From Octopus bimaculoides (lineage: Eukaryota), in NCBI RefSeq assembly GCF_001194135.2, contig NC_068984.1, forward strand, positions 124,225,906 through 124,274,908: DNA of 49,003 bases. Direction: 5' to 3'. The notes beneath the pieces were generated by a model that was not told the DNA's origin, did not search any database, and worked only from the letters and a program-made list of their open reading frames with translations. The translations under genes were made by a program, and so were the position numbers. Positions 13,063 through 25,856 of this stretch are shown here, piece by piece (the stretch's first letter is position 1; the number at the start of each line of letters is the position of its first letter).

Positions 13063-13064
13063 TA
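12939..13064 (+). repeat. 63-bp tandem duplication (SINE tail plus mariner TIR)
   Basis: tgtagc..ttgtgggcagtaaagaaata.gaaagtctcaaaacttctg.aatgcaccttgta occurs at 12939-13001 and 13002-13064. Confidence 0.9.
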
Positions 13065-14845
13065 TATACATTTTCATTGGCATACACGGTGGTGTACCGA
13101 ACAAAGAAAGAGCCTTGCTGTATATACTTATATGTCTTTACACATTGATTTCAAAATACTCCAAAGTCGAATTTACCTATTATCCTCACAAGATTGATAA
13201 CAGAACACCAAAACGCTAGTCAAATACACTGAAATGCAGTCGACTGTGCAGTAAACTTACTCACCTCACCTCTGTACACTAACATTGTACCAATGTTAGA
13301 AATCAATATTATCATTATAAATATGATACGACATGTGTAAAGATAAGCAATATTGAATGATAACGTATATGGTTACAAGTATAGTCTTATGTAACATCGT
13401 GTGATAACGAACGTAATTTCATCATGCAAACATATGATACGTCGAGTGAAGACTTATCTGATATTATATGATAACATATTTAACATCATTCATATAAAAT
13501 GATACAACAGGTGTTGAGATATGCACTATTGTATGATATCCTTGGTATAATATATGAGGGAGTGGATGTTATGAAATAGGAGTAGAAACAGGCTGACTCA
13601 GTGTGAGGTCATTACATCTGGTTGGCTCCATACTTGTGACCTGTCTTTTCAATGAGTCGCGTGTGAGTGTGTGTGTGACTGTGAGCATATGCATATTTGT
13701 GTGTATGGATATAAACATATATGTATATATAATTATGTGTATATATACATATATATATATATGTGCGTGTTTGTGTGTGTGTGTGTGTGTATGTATGTAT
13801 AGAATGTTAGGTGTGGTGTACAGATATAGAATATTGAAAAAAAAAACGTCACCAGAATTTTGGAAAAAATCTTTTTATTTATTCATTATTATTAGCGCTT
13901 TCGTTCGTTTCTCGAACTTGTCCGATAGAATTTTGTGAATATATATATATATATATNNNNNNNNNNNNNNNNNNNNNNNNNNNNNNNNNNNNNNNNNNNN
14001 NNNNNNNNNNNNNNNNNNNNNNNNNNNNNNNNNNNNNNNNNNNNNNNNNNNNNNNNNNNNNNNNNNNNNNNNNNNNNNNNNNNNNNNNNNNNNNNNNNNN
14101 NNNNNNNNNNNNNNNNNNNNNNNNNNNNNNNNNNNNNNNNNNNNNNNNNNNNNNNNNNNNNNNNNNNNNNNNNNNNNNNNNNNNNNNNNNNNNNNNNNNN
14201 NNNNNNNNNNNNNNNNNNNNNNNNNNNNNNNNNNNNNNNNNNNNNNNNNNNNNNNNNNNNNNNNNNNNNNNNNNNNNNNNNNNNNNNNNNNNNNNNNNNN
14301 NNNNNNNNNNNNNNNNNNNNNNNNNNNNNNNNNNNNNNNNNNNNNNNNNNNNNNNNNNNNNNNNNNNNNNNNNNNNNNNNNNNNNNNNNNNNNNNNNNNN
14401 NNNNNNNNNNNNNNNNNNNNNNNNNNNNNNNNNNNNNNNNNNNNNNNNNNNNNNNNNNNNNNNNNNNNNNNNNNNNNNNNNNNNNNNNNNNNNNNNNNNN
14501 NNNNNNNNNNNNNNNNNNNNNNNNNNNNNNNNNNNNNNNNNNNNNNNNNNNNNNNNNNNNNNNNNNNNNNNNNNNNNNNNNNNNNNNNNNNNNNNNNNNN
14601 NNNNNNNNNNNNNNNNNNNNNNNNNNNNNNNNNNNNNNNNNNNNNNNNNNNNNNNNNNNNNGTATATATATATATATATATAATAATATAGATTTAATCA
14701 AAAGATTAAATGTGGTACTTAAAATGTTTGAGGCACCAGAATTTGGCAGGGTAAAAACCAAAAACAAAATCAAGAGATTTGGTGAATAAAATTTTAAGAA
14801 AAGCAACAAAAATTCAATAGGTTATAGCAGTACGTACGTTTCGTG

Positions 14846-14881
<36 letters not shown>

Positions 14882-15034
14882 CGTAAAGGTAAGATCCAAG
14901 GATCAAGGTGTAGGGTAGTGATCTTCGAGCAGTCTGTAGAAGGTGTATAAAACAAACTCCAGGAACAATATTGGTTTATTGGCGCATGAAGTTGTGAATT
15001 TTTCCAATATATATACATACATACATACATACAT

Positions 15035-15089
<55 letters not shown>

Positions 15090-15187
15090 CAGCACGTACA
15101 CTGAACTTATATGTACATATATATACATATTTATATAGACAGTTAGCAAACGAGATCCAGAGATTCTTTAGAGATAGAGGCATATAC

Positions 15188-15346
15188 ACGACGGGCTTCT
15201 TAAGTTCCCGTCTACCAGATTCACTCACAAGTTTTTGGTTGTCCCGGGGCTAGAGTAGAAGACAATTGCCCAAGGTGTCACTCAGTGGGACTGAAATGAG
15301 AACCATGTAGCTGTGAATCAAGCTTCTTACCACAGCTACACCTGCG
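15188..15346 (-). mobile_element. tRNA-derived SINE, family E, 5' portion
   Basis: acgggcttct...gtagaagacaattgcccaaggtgtcactcagtgggactgaa matches the copies at 21368 and 40455. Confidence 0.75.
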
Positions 15347-15453
15347 ATCCAACTTAACGTGGTTGTTTCGTAAGACGTCGAATACTGCGATATTCATCTT
15401 GAGAAGACTTTCATATATATACATAGCGTATAAACCCAGACACAATCATATGA

Positions 15454-15675
15454 TTGGCACATGAAAATCGTCTGCTACAGACGCGTGAACTGCCGGATCA
15501 GGTGATTTCGACCTCTACCGACACTTTAGTGACAATCATCCACTAGCCGCATCGTGGTCGGTGATATTTGACTATTATGCTTCTAGCGGACTTCTGTCAT
15601 TGAAGAGACGGAGTAAGTCGAAATCACGCGATCTGGCAGATCCTGCGCCCGTAGCAGATGATTATCGTCTGCCAA
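15454..15675. repeat. Foldback (MITE-like) palindrome: 93-bp arms, 36-nt spacer
   Basis: 15454-15546 versus the reverse complement of 15583-15675: 68/93 identical without gaps (hand count). Confidence 0.85.
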
Positions 15676-15833
15676 CGTTATAAATGTGTGTTCTGTCATA
15701 AATATGTGTACCACGAGCCCATATGAGATATCTTCTTAAAGTAGATACTGTAGTATTCTGCGTTCTAACAAAACAATAATGTCGGATATAAAGATGGTTT
15801 TTTGGTATTAATACTACTTCTGTTACTAATAAT

Positions 15834-15870
<37 letters not shown>

Positions 15871-16335
15871 NNNNNNNNNNNNNNNNNNNNNNNNNNNNNN
15901 NNNNNNNNNNNNNNNNNNNNNNNNNNNNNNNNNNNNNNNNNNNNNNNNNNNNNNNNNNNNNNNNNNNNNNNNNNNNNNNNNNNNNNNNNNNNNNNNNNNN
16001 NNNNNNNNNNNNNNNNNNNNNNNNNNNNNNNNNNNNNNNNNNNNNNNNNNNNNNNNNNNNNNNNNNNNNNNNNNNNNNNNNNNNNNNNNNNNNNNNNNNN
16101 NNNNNNNNNNNNNNNNNNNNNNNNNNNNNNNNNNNNNNNNNNNNNNNNNNNNNNNNNNNNNNNNNNNNNNNNNNNNNNNNNNNNNNNNNNNNNNNNNNNN
16201 NNNNNNNNNNNNNNNNNNNNNNNNNNNNNNNNNNNNNNNNNNNNNNNNNNNNNNNNNNNNNNNNNNNNNNNNNNNNNNNNNNNNNNNNNNNNNNNNNNNN
16301 NNNNNNNNNNNNNNNNNNNNNNNNNNNNNNNNNNN

Positions 16336-16380
<45 letters not shown>

Positions 16381-16547
16381 ATGAATGTTTTTTTGTGTAT
16401 ATGACTGTATGTATATTTGTTTGTGTATTTATTTGTATTCGGATATTTAAATGTTTCTCAACAACGCTTCACTTTCAGCCTGTTCAGCGTAGTATAAACT
16501 ATAAACCCAATCCAATGCAACGCTACAGCAAGATACGGATTGGCTAC

Positions 16548-16593
16548 GCTTCGCTGAAGAGCCTCCAAAGTAAAGGTGAAACGCGTCCAGAGT
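16548..16593 (+). ncRNA. Candidate type I minimal hammerhead ribozyme, Penelope pLTR type
   Basis: CTGAAGA (16554-60), stem II gcct/aggt, GAAA, palindromic stem III ACGCGT, GTC cleavage triplet, and an imperfect stem I gcttcg/cagagt. Confidence 0.6.
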
Positions 16594-17150
16594 GGTGAAG
16601 AATAAATAAATAATATCAGATATCATCAACAAACATATTTTCCTTCTTTCTTTCACTACATATGCGAATATACTTGAGCTGTTTAACGTTTTTAATTATT
16701 AAATACGCTTTCACCTCCATAAGTATTTGTTGATGTTGCGCATCGGTATCCATTGGGAAATTTGAAAGTAAAATAAACGGCTGTCACTCGTGACATTCTT
16801 ATCCTTTAACAGTGACCCATTACTAAATCTTAATAATAAACATCATTGCACACCTATATCACCTTTTGCTCCGTAGGCTTCTTCTATACAGCATCTATTT
16901 CATAGTTATTGCGTCAGCGACACAGATAAAGGAATTGATGGTCTTCGTATGAATGGTAACAGATAAAATATCGTTAAATCACCGATAATACTGTATAGAA
17001 TAATGATGGCATGTCTGTCACCTCATCAATTTATCTGTAGGGAATGTGTTCTACATGGTATTCTCCTTACCTATCTATCTATCTATCGATCGATCGATCT
17101 GTTAGTCTGTCAGTCTATCTTTCTGCCTGTTTACCTGTCTACACGTGCAA

Positions 17151-17199
<49 letters not shown>

Positions 17200-18007
17200 T
17201 ATATACATATATATGTATGTGTATATATATATTCATACTTATAATACATATACATACATATATGCACACAGACGCGCGCGCACACACACACAGATATATG
17301 CATATAAAAACATATATAACATACATATATAAACGTATATATGTATATATATNNNNNNNNNNNNNNNNNNNNNNNNNNNNNNNNNNNNNNNNNNNNNNNN
17401 NNNNNNNNNNNNNNNNNNNNNNNNNNNNNNNNNNNNNNNNNNNNNNNNNNNNNNNNNNNNNNNNNNNNNNNNNNNNNNNNNNNNNNNNNNNNNNNNNNNN
17501 NNNNNNNNNNNNNNNNNNNNNATATATATATATATATACATATATATGCGTGTGTGTGTAAACGCTAGCGCACACACACGTACAATTACGTGCGCCGTAT
17601 TTATAAGTATGTTTGGCTGAGTTTGTTGTGTGTGTCTCTGTGTGTGTGTGTGTATGCATATACATATATGGATATGTATGTGCATATGGCTACGTGCGCG
17701 CGTGTGTGTATACATACATATTAATATATGGTTATTTTCATAAGAATCTTGATGTTATGTCCTCGTTCATACATACATAACCGTATATGTATGTAAATGT
17801 GTATAGGCATGTTCGTGTATAACTATGTATGTAATAATATAAATGTTTTTTCCTTTCATGAAACTGAAATCAGCCCCTAAAGCCATGTAGTGTACTGGGC
17901 CAGAAACCAATTTTAGAGATAAGAACAATCTAGCCGCCTCTCCCACTAACCTTCTCTTCTTGGTCGGAGTTGGCTCGCTTAGATTTTACTGATAAGTAAT
18001 ATAGATA

Positions 18008-18057
<50 letters not shown>

Positions 18058-18413
18058 CACACACACACATATATACACACACACACATATATATATATAT
18101 ATGTATATGTATATATTTTTACACTTATACGTGTGCGCGTGTCTATATATTTGTATGCACACATATGTACATGTGCATATACATATATGTAACGTATATG
18201 AATGTATAAACATTAATAACGATATAGATGCATACGCGTACCTACATATACACTCATGTACGTATATACAATCATACACACACACGCACACACACATGCA
18301 CGCACACATATACGTACATATATATACATATATATATGTATACAAATATGTATAGATATGTATATCTAGTCATATATATATTTATATATCTCTATGTATT
18401 ATATATATGTTTA

Positions 18414-18514
<101 letters not shown>

Positions 18515-19233
18515 ATATATATATATACATATATATANNNNNNNNNNNNNNNNNNNNNNNNNNNNNNNNNNNNNNNNNNNNNNNNNNNNNNNNNNNNNNN
18601 NNNNNNNNNNNNNNNNNNNNNNNNNNNNNNNNNNNNNNNNNNNNNNNNNNNNNNNNNNNNNNNNNNNNNNNNNNNNNNNNNNNNNNNNNNNNNNNNNNNN
18701 NNNNNNNNNNNNNNNNNNNNNNNNNNNNNNNNNNNNNNNNNNNNNNNNNNNNNNNNNNNNNNNNNNNNNNNNNNNNNNNNNNNNNNNNNNNNNNNNNNNN
18801 NNNNNNNNNNNNNNNNNNNNNNNNNNNNNNNNNNNNNNNNNNNNNNNNNNNNNNNNNNNNNNNNNNNNNNNNNNNNNNNNNNNNNNNNNNNNNNNNNNNN
18901 NNNNNNNNNNNNNNNNNNNNNNNNNNNNNNNNNNNNNNNNNNNNNNNNNNNNNNNNNNNNNNNNNNNNNNNNNNNNNNNNNNNNNNNNNNNNNNNNNNNN
19001 NNNNNNNNNNNNNNNNNNNNNNNNNNNNNNNNNNNNNNNNNNNNNNNNNNNNNNNNNNNNNNNNNNNNNNNNNNNNNNNNNNNNNNNNNNNNNNNNNNNN
19101 NNNNNNNNNNNNNNNNNNNNNNNNNNNNNNNNNNNNNNNNNNNNNNNNNNNNNNNNNNNNNNNNNNNNNNNNNNNNNNNNNNNNNNNNNNNNNNNNNNNN
19201 NNNNNNNNNNNNNNNNNNNNNNNNNNNNNNNNN

Positions 19234-19356
19234 TTCCGTCTACCAAATACACTCATAAGGCTTTGGTCGGCCCGAGGCTATAGTAGAAGACACTTGCCCA
19301 AGGTGCCACGCAGTGGGACTGAACCCGGAACCATGTGGTTGGTATGCAAGCTACTT
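19234..19356 (-). mobile_element. SINE family E, 5' part (remainder in gap)
   Basis: ttccgtctaccaaatacactcataaggctttggtcggcccgaggctatagtagaagacacttgcccaagg. Confidence 0.85.
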
Positions 19357-19711
19357 TATTTCATAAATTAGCCATATAGGCTTTACATAGAATAGCGGTA
19401 GCTAGGGCTGGACAAAGACAAATGTAGAATGAAAGGATGATACATATGAAAAATGAGCGGGGCGCCGACGCCCACAGATCAGCAAGCTACTTGCCACACA
19501 GGCACTCCTGCGCTTCGATGCTGCTGCTGCTGCTGCTGCTGCTCATGATGATGATGATGATGATGATGTTGATGACGACAACTAGAACGACTGTTGTGAT
19601 GGCGAGGACAGTATTGGTGCCATTTTCAAGGGGTGACGTTGTGGCTGTTGTTGGTATGGTTGTTTTCTCATGCCGTTTGTTATTTTCGCTTTTTTTAAAG
19701 ATATTCTTATT

Positions 19712-19933
19712 TTTTTATCGCCCACAAAGGGCTAAACACCAGAGGGGGACAAACAAGGACAGACAAAGCGATTAAGTCGATTGCATCGACCCCAGTGCGT
19801 AACTGGTACTTGATTTGTCGACCCCCCCCTAAAGGATGAAAGGCAAAGCGGACGTCGGCGGAATTTGAACTCAGAACGTACCAACAGACGAAATACCGCG
19901 AAGCATTTCACCCGGCATGCTACCGATTCTGCA
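19712..19933 (-). mobile_element. SINE family A
   Basis: Same body and tail as 9848-10062 and 12736-12966. Confidence 0.85.
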
Positions 19934-20031
19934 GGAGCGGAGTGTTGTCTACTCGTCTGCTCAGACACTCCTTACTACTAAAATTATACACGCACAGATG
20001 CAGACTCATACACGCACACGCACGCACACAC

Positions 20032-20086
<55 letters not shown>

Positions 20087-20444
20087 AGCGCTTCTAAACA
20101 CATTCTCAGCAATATGTACAAGACACATTCAAACATATGCATGCAATACTGATGTGGAAATGCACACGGCCATGTAAAATAGCATTAATTGACAGGAAGT
20201 GAATTCCACACACACGCACACATGCAAACGCACACATATGAATATATATGTGTGTGTACATATGTGTATGTGTGAAATATGCATATATATTTGCATGCAC
20301 AAGAGAATGTGTGTGTGTATGTATATATATATATATATACATGCATAGACATTTATATATATATAATATATATATGTATGCTTGTTCATACACACACACA
20401 CACAAATACATATATATATATATATATGTATACTTTTAGATATG

Positions 20445-20484
<40 letters not shown>

Positions 20485-20559
20485 GTAGTTAACTGTTTAG
20501 TGTTTAGCGCCCAAGATATGCCAATCTCTCACTTCTTTAGTCAATTCAGATTTCTAAAA

Positions 20560-21320
20560 TATTCTTGAAAATCCCATTTTCTCTTAGAGTCTCATTGTAC
20601 CCTTAATATATATTCATAATTGATCATTAACTATCATATGTAATGTAGCAAGAAGTAAAGTCCTTATATCATGGCAGGGCCGATCGAAATTTGGCACGTA
20701 TAACCTTCTACCTGAATCCACAATTAAGGCGGCTTCCAGGGTACCTAGCAGCATATTTTCATCAAAATCTTCAACTTCATCCTGCTAATGGAGTAGAACT
20801 GGTACATGTGCTTGATAAGATATTGGCTCAGTACTGCCATGTGTCATATAGACTTAAGTAAACGTCATCCATCGAAGAGACAAATGTTCAATGAATGTTG
20901 AACTGGTTTGTAAAATGTTATAAGATATTGGAGATTGAGAGAATTTGCTTCATTGACAGGATAAGAGAATGTTGACGGAATCTGTAGAGAATGTTGACAC
21001 TTACGTTAATTGCAGGATTTGATATATATATACATATATATATACATAATTTATCTGAAATGGCTTTAGATATTATTCCTAATATAATGGAAGCTTTCTT
21101 TGGTGAAGAAAAGTTTATCGGCTGAAACATTGACGTGAATAACTTATTAACTAAATCGGTCCGAGAATATTCACCATACTGATCGGTTCTTCAAAATAGT
21201 AGGATAATGTCACGAGGATGAAGTTGCACCTTGTCTTTTGAGTGTAATCAAGAAGTGAATTCCAACATTGCGATAATCCCCAAGTATAATTGCTTCTGAT
21301 TTAGGTACTTGGTCACAAAT
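20560..21320 (-). mobile_element. Possible very decayed APE-type (CR1/L2-like) LINE fragment
   Basis: Broken frames include EAIILGDYRN (cf. APE IILGDFN) and downstream EAALIVDSGRRLY; many stops and an (AT)n insertion. Confidence 0.3.
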
Positions 21321-21367
21321 GTTTAGGGGAACAAGTCAGTCAACAACATCGACTCCCAATTCGTGTC

Positions 21368-21790
21368 TACTCTTTACTCTTTTACTCTTTTACTTGTTTC
21401 AGTCATTTAACTGCGGCCATGCTGGAGCACCGTCTTTTAGTCGAGCAAATCGACCCCAGGACTTATTCTTTGGAAGCCTAGTACTTATTCTATCGGCCTC
21501 TTTTGCCGAACCGCTAAGTTACGGGGACGTAAACACACTACCATCGGTTGTCAAGCGATGCTGGGGTGGACAAACACAAACACACAAACATATACACACA
21601 CATACATACACATACATACACATATATACGACGGGCTTCTTTCAGTTTCCGTCTACCAAATCCACTCGCAAGGCTTTGGTCGGCCCGAGGCTATAGTAGA
21701 AGACACTTGCCCAAGATGCCACGCAGTGGGACTGAACCCGGAACCATGTGGTTGGTAAGCGAGCTACTTACCACACAACCACTCCCGTGC
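21368..21790 (-). mobile_element. Full-length SINE family E (~420 bp) with (AAAGAGT/AAAAGAGT)n-type tail
   Basis: The minus-strand head has A-box-like tggttgtgtggtaag and B-box-like gggttcagtccc. The tail reads tactctttactcttttactctttt on plus. Confidence 0.9.
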
Positions 21791-21795
21791 GTGTG

Positions 21796-21935
21796 TCAGG
21801 TACTTTAATTCTTTTATCGGCCATGGAAATATGGAAGGCAAAGTAAATCAAAGCGACAACTAATCTCAGGACGTAAAGAGTCAGAACAAACAAGCCAAGG
21901 CATTTTGTTCAACGCTCTAAGTCTTCTACCAGCGC
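21796..21935 (-). mobile_element. Degenerate SINE family A
   Basis: ggtactttaattcttttatcggccatggaaatatggaaggcaaagtaaa...ggacgtaaagagtc. Confidence 0.55.
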
Positions 21936-22827
21936 GAATAATGCGAACAGAAACGTCAAGGTAAACTTGAGAATATGACTGAAACCAAATATATCTGATA
22001 ATTGGTCGTAGCTACGATGAGCTGTATACATTCTAAGCTGATTAACTAGTTGGGTTCTCGAATCGACAGAGTATAATGCGTCAAACAGCGTCACCTTGTT
22101 GTCATCTTTGGGAAATATTTTACGTAGAATACTCAGAGACTCTGTTTTACGCTGTATATCTTTTAAAAATGGTAATTATGTTGACTGTAATTACATTGTC
22201 TACACTGTAACTAGGTAATCTTAATTTCATACAGTTAGTGGTGCATTCTTATCGTATAATCTCTGTCCACAATAAAAGCATATTACATTTTCTAATCAAT
22301 GGACTGTCCCTTGCTAACCTCAATGTTTCTTCTATAAATATTGCCGGCAGCTTCAAATAGTATTGAGGTCCAACGAACTGAAAAACTTGTAGCATGATGG
22401 CGTTTCTTTTGTGCTATTTAAACATGCAGTCGGAAACCTAAAGTGATGAAAGCCGAACTCTGACACTGGCGTGATGCAAACTGACAGGCTGCATTGCATT
22501 TAGGCTGACAGTCTAGCATTTTTATCATTAGCGACGACATCATTATTATAAGATTATATATATACGTACACACATATATATATTCCTATACATATGCATG
22601 TTGTATATATATATACATATACAACCATATACTTAAACACACGCACGTGTGAGCACACATACGTACACATACACACAAGCACACACACATATATATGCAA
22701 AAAGATATACGTCCTAATTATAAGTCATAAAATACAGCTTATCTTGATTGTAGAGTACAGTTTACCGGATATATATAAATTGTGTTTCTTTGCACTGCAT
22801 TTCGACGGAATTTCTGCATATAAATAT

Positions 22828-22869
<42 letters not shown>

Positions 22870-23176
22870 NNNNNNNNNNNNNNNNNNNNNNNNNNNNNNN
22901 NNNNNNNNNNNNNNNNNNNNNNNNNNNNNNNNNNNNNNNNNNNNNNNNNNNNNNNNNNNNNNNNNNNNNNNNNNNNNNNNNNNNNNNNNNNNNNNNNNNN
23001 NNNNNNNNNNNNNNNNNNNNNNNNNNNNNNNNNNNNNNNNNNNNNNNNNNNNNNNNNNNNNNNNNNNNNNNNNNNNNNNNNNNNNNNNNNNNNNNNNNNN
23101 NNNNNNNNNNNNNNNNNNNNNNNNNNNNNNNNNNNNNNNNNNNNNNNNNNNNNATATATATATATATATATATATA

Positions 23177-23760
23177 CGAGGGAGAATCAAAAATTATACG
23201 CACTCTTATCAGAGGATAAACAAATACGTCATTTTTCTATATAGTCTCTTTCCTTTTCCTTCCACTTCGGTCCAGTGGCCCACAAGCTTGCGTATTTCTT
23301 CCAAGGAGAAGGTTTTCGGTTGCTCGTGCAACCATTTATGTACCGCTTCCTTCACATCTTCATCCGCAGGAAGCCATCATTGAGCGTTCCAAAGATACGA
23401 TAGTCGGAAGGGGCGAGATGTGGACTGGAGGCAGTGTGTTCCAGCACCTCAAAATCGAATTGGTTAATGGTTTCAATGGTCTGGACGGCCGTTTGTAGGC
23501 GTGCATTATCATGGAACAACAAAACTTTCTTCGACAATAGGCTTCGGCGTTTGGTGTGAATTGCTGGCTTCAGTTTTTTGGTCAGAAAAGTACTGTATCT
23601 TGCACTGTTGATGGTACACCTCTTTTCCATAGAAATCAAATCACTGCTCTTTGTTCTTCTTTAGTGCACATTGCTAGTGGAGCGACCATGCTTACACGGT
23701 ATGGCCAAAAGGAAAATGGCGCGATCAGGCTCAAAATTCGATCACATGACCATAGTACTA
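23177..23760 (-). mobile_element. Internally deleted mariner element; one TIR visible
   Basis: Terminus TA|cgagggagaatcaaaaattatacgcact at 23177. N-terminal MVAPLAMCTKEEQRAVI*FLW is joined to MEKRCTINSARYS...LLFHDNARLQTA...LEHTASSPHLAPSDYRIFGTL (D,D-type catalytic motifs HDNA and SPxLAPSD). Confidence 0.85.
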
Positions 23761-24009
23761 TCAACTATAAGCACGCATGCACAGAAGGTAGTGTGACAAT
23801 AATAAAGATGTTATGCCATAAGGCTTTCGGTTGGTCGTGCAAACATTTATGCACCGCACTTTTGCCATAACATATTTTCATGTAATGAATATATTTATAT
23901 AATAAATATTAGATAAATATCTATATATGCATGCCAACATACATATATACACATATATACCAACATACATATATACACATATATACACGCGTATACATAC
24001 ATACATACA

Positions 24010-24081
<72 letters not shown>

Positions 24082-24082
<1 letters not shown>

Positions 24083-24320
24083 TGGTGCCAATAACTGGAC
24101 TGGGAGTTGAAGTGGTATTGAAAGTCAGCATTCGTATTTCTAAGTTATATTGCAATAATAACGCAGCGACAAACTTGGTGCCGTTGTCTGATTTGACCAA
24201 AAAATTCCTGTTTGTCATATCGAATGTTGTAAAAAGCCTCAAAACATTAAGTGCGTAGGGAATCATGGGAGTTACGAGGAAAACGGTGAACTTGCTTCCA
24301 GTAGAAGTCATTGTGGACAT
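24082..24320 (-). mobile_element. Degenerate retroviral-type (rve) integrase core fragment
   Basis: SKFTVFLVTP...[10 protein letters not shown]...[22 protein letters not shown]...TSTPSP follows the order SKF...LxxIFxxF...SDNGxxF...LLxxYNI...TSxP of LTR/Ginger/Polinton integrases. Truncated by an (AT)n tract. Confidence 0.5.
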
Positions 24321-24464
24321 ACGGATAAATTCAATGTTCTATGCACACAAACACACACATGCATTTATAGTCAAAGGGGAAATAACTCTAATGTGAAGCT
24401 AAGTCTTACTGAGCAACCTGTACGAATGATTTGTTTTTCTTTTAGTGATCAAATGTTTGTGCTG

Positions 24465-24662
24465 CCTCCCTCTGTTAAATCGATATTGCCTGAACAGGTG
24501 CATGGTGTACCACATCACATGTCGGGCATCGAAGTGATCTCAGAGCAAAGTGAGATGAAGTGTTTTACTTAAGAACACAACGCATCACACGGTCTAGGAA
24601 TTGAAACCTCGGTCTCGCGATCGTGAGGGCAACATCCTAACCACTAGGCCATTCGTCCTCAC
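24465..24662 (-). mobile_element. tRNA-derived SINE (family B/D-like head and core)
   Basis: Minus strand: tggcctagtggttagg (A box), gtttcaattcc (B box), gcgttgtgttcttaagtaaaacacttcatctcac. Confidence 0.7.
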
Positions 24663-25149
24663 TCATGGATATGTATAATCATTTATCAAGCAGATACATA
24701 TGTATGCGTGAGGTATGTGTGTGTGTGTGTGTGTGTGTATGAGATGTCTGTGTGAATGTTTCAATTTAATTATCTACGAAAATATAAAACTATATATGAT
24801 GTTCGTAAATGCATGGACACTTGCAATATGCGTGTGCGGACGCATGAAAGAATTCATCGGTGTAAATATATGTAGGTGTGTTTGTCTGCGAATATGTGAA
24901 TATGTGAATACATGTGCAATGGGTGTATATTTATTATCAATATGTAACGATGCATAAAACATTGGTAAGCTGCTATTTGGAACTTAACACACAAAGAAGT
25001 TCATCTCGTCCGCGTGTTTATCTCCCTTGCTCACTGGTGCATCTCTTTATGAGCTCTCTATCTGTCTCTATGTCTATCTATTTCCGCTTCTATCTTTCTA
25101 TTTCTTTCTGTCTGTTTGGCTTTCTTCTTCTCTTTCGCTGTTTCTCTGT

Positions 25150-25185
<36 letters not shown>

Positions 25186-25675
25186 CTCTGTATGAATGTG
25201 TGTGGCTTACGTGTGTGTATTTATTTATATACTTGTCCTTATCTGTGTATGCATCTATGTATTTCCATGCATATTTCTATACGTGTAAGTGCGAGATATA
25301 GTCAGCATATCTTTCTATGTATGTCTGTGTTTGTATGGTTGTATTTTTAATGGTAGTAGATGTTGTTGTTTTTTTCCCGTCTATGCTCGTTTCTTCCAGA
25401 CATAAATGTATCTTATATATCTGTCTCTTTCTTTGTGTATAAGTATGTAGGTATGCTTGTAATGTGCCTACGAAGCCTCCTTTCTCTCTTGCTCTCTCTT
25501 TCATTTTCCTTCCTTATGCAATAACAAAAAAAAAATGATGGGGATCTTTCTAAGCGAAAGAATATCAAGAAAATTTCTGATGGAAAAACCCTGCTCCAAA
25601 GAGAGCTTAAAACGTCAGGTGTAGGTAACGCTAGAAGTATTAACCGTATTTCATAGCATAAAAGACACACGAATG

Positions 25676-25856
25676 AAGGTACGTAGCTTAGCGTTTTAGA
25701 TGTTCGATCTTAAGGTCATGAGTTCGATTCGAGGCGATGAGTTGTGTCTTTGGGCAAAACACTTTATTTTACGTTGCTCCAGTCCACTCAGCTAGCAAAA
25801 ATGAGTAATACCTGTAATTCAAAGGGCCAACCTTGTCTCACATTCTGTGTCACAGA
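25676..25856 (+). mobile_element. SINE family B, 5' half
   Basis: gagttcgattcg...gttgtgtctttgggcaaaacactttattttacgttgctccagtccactcagct...caaagggccaaccttgtc; aligns to 11061-11240. Confidence 0.8.

Noticed and set aside
21909-22165. ~90-codon open frame on the minus strand
   Set aside because: No recognisable motif, a stop immediately upstream, and its end overlaps a degenerate SINE.
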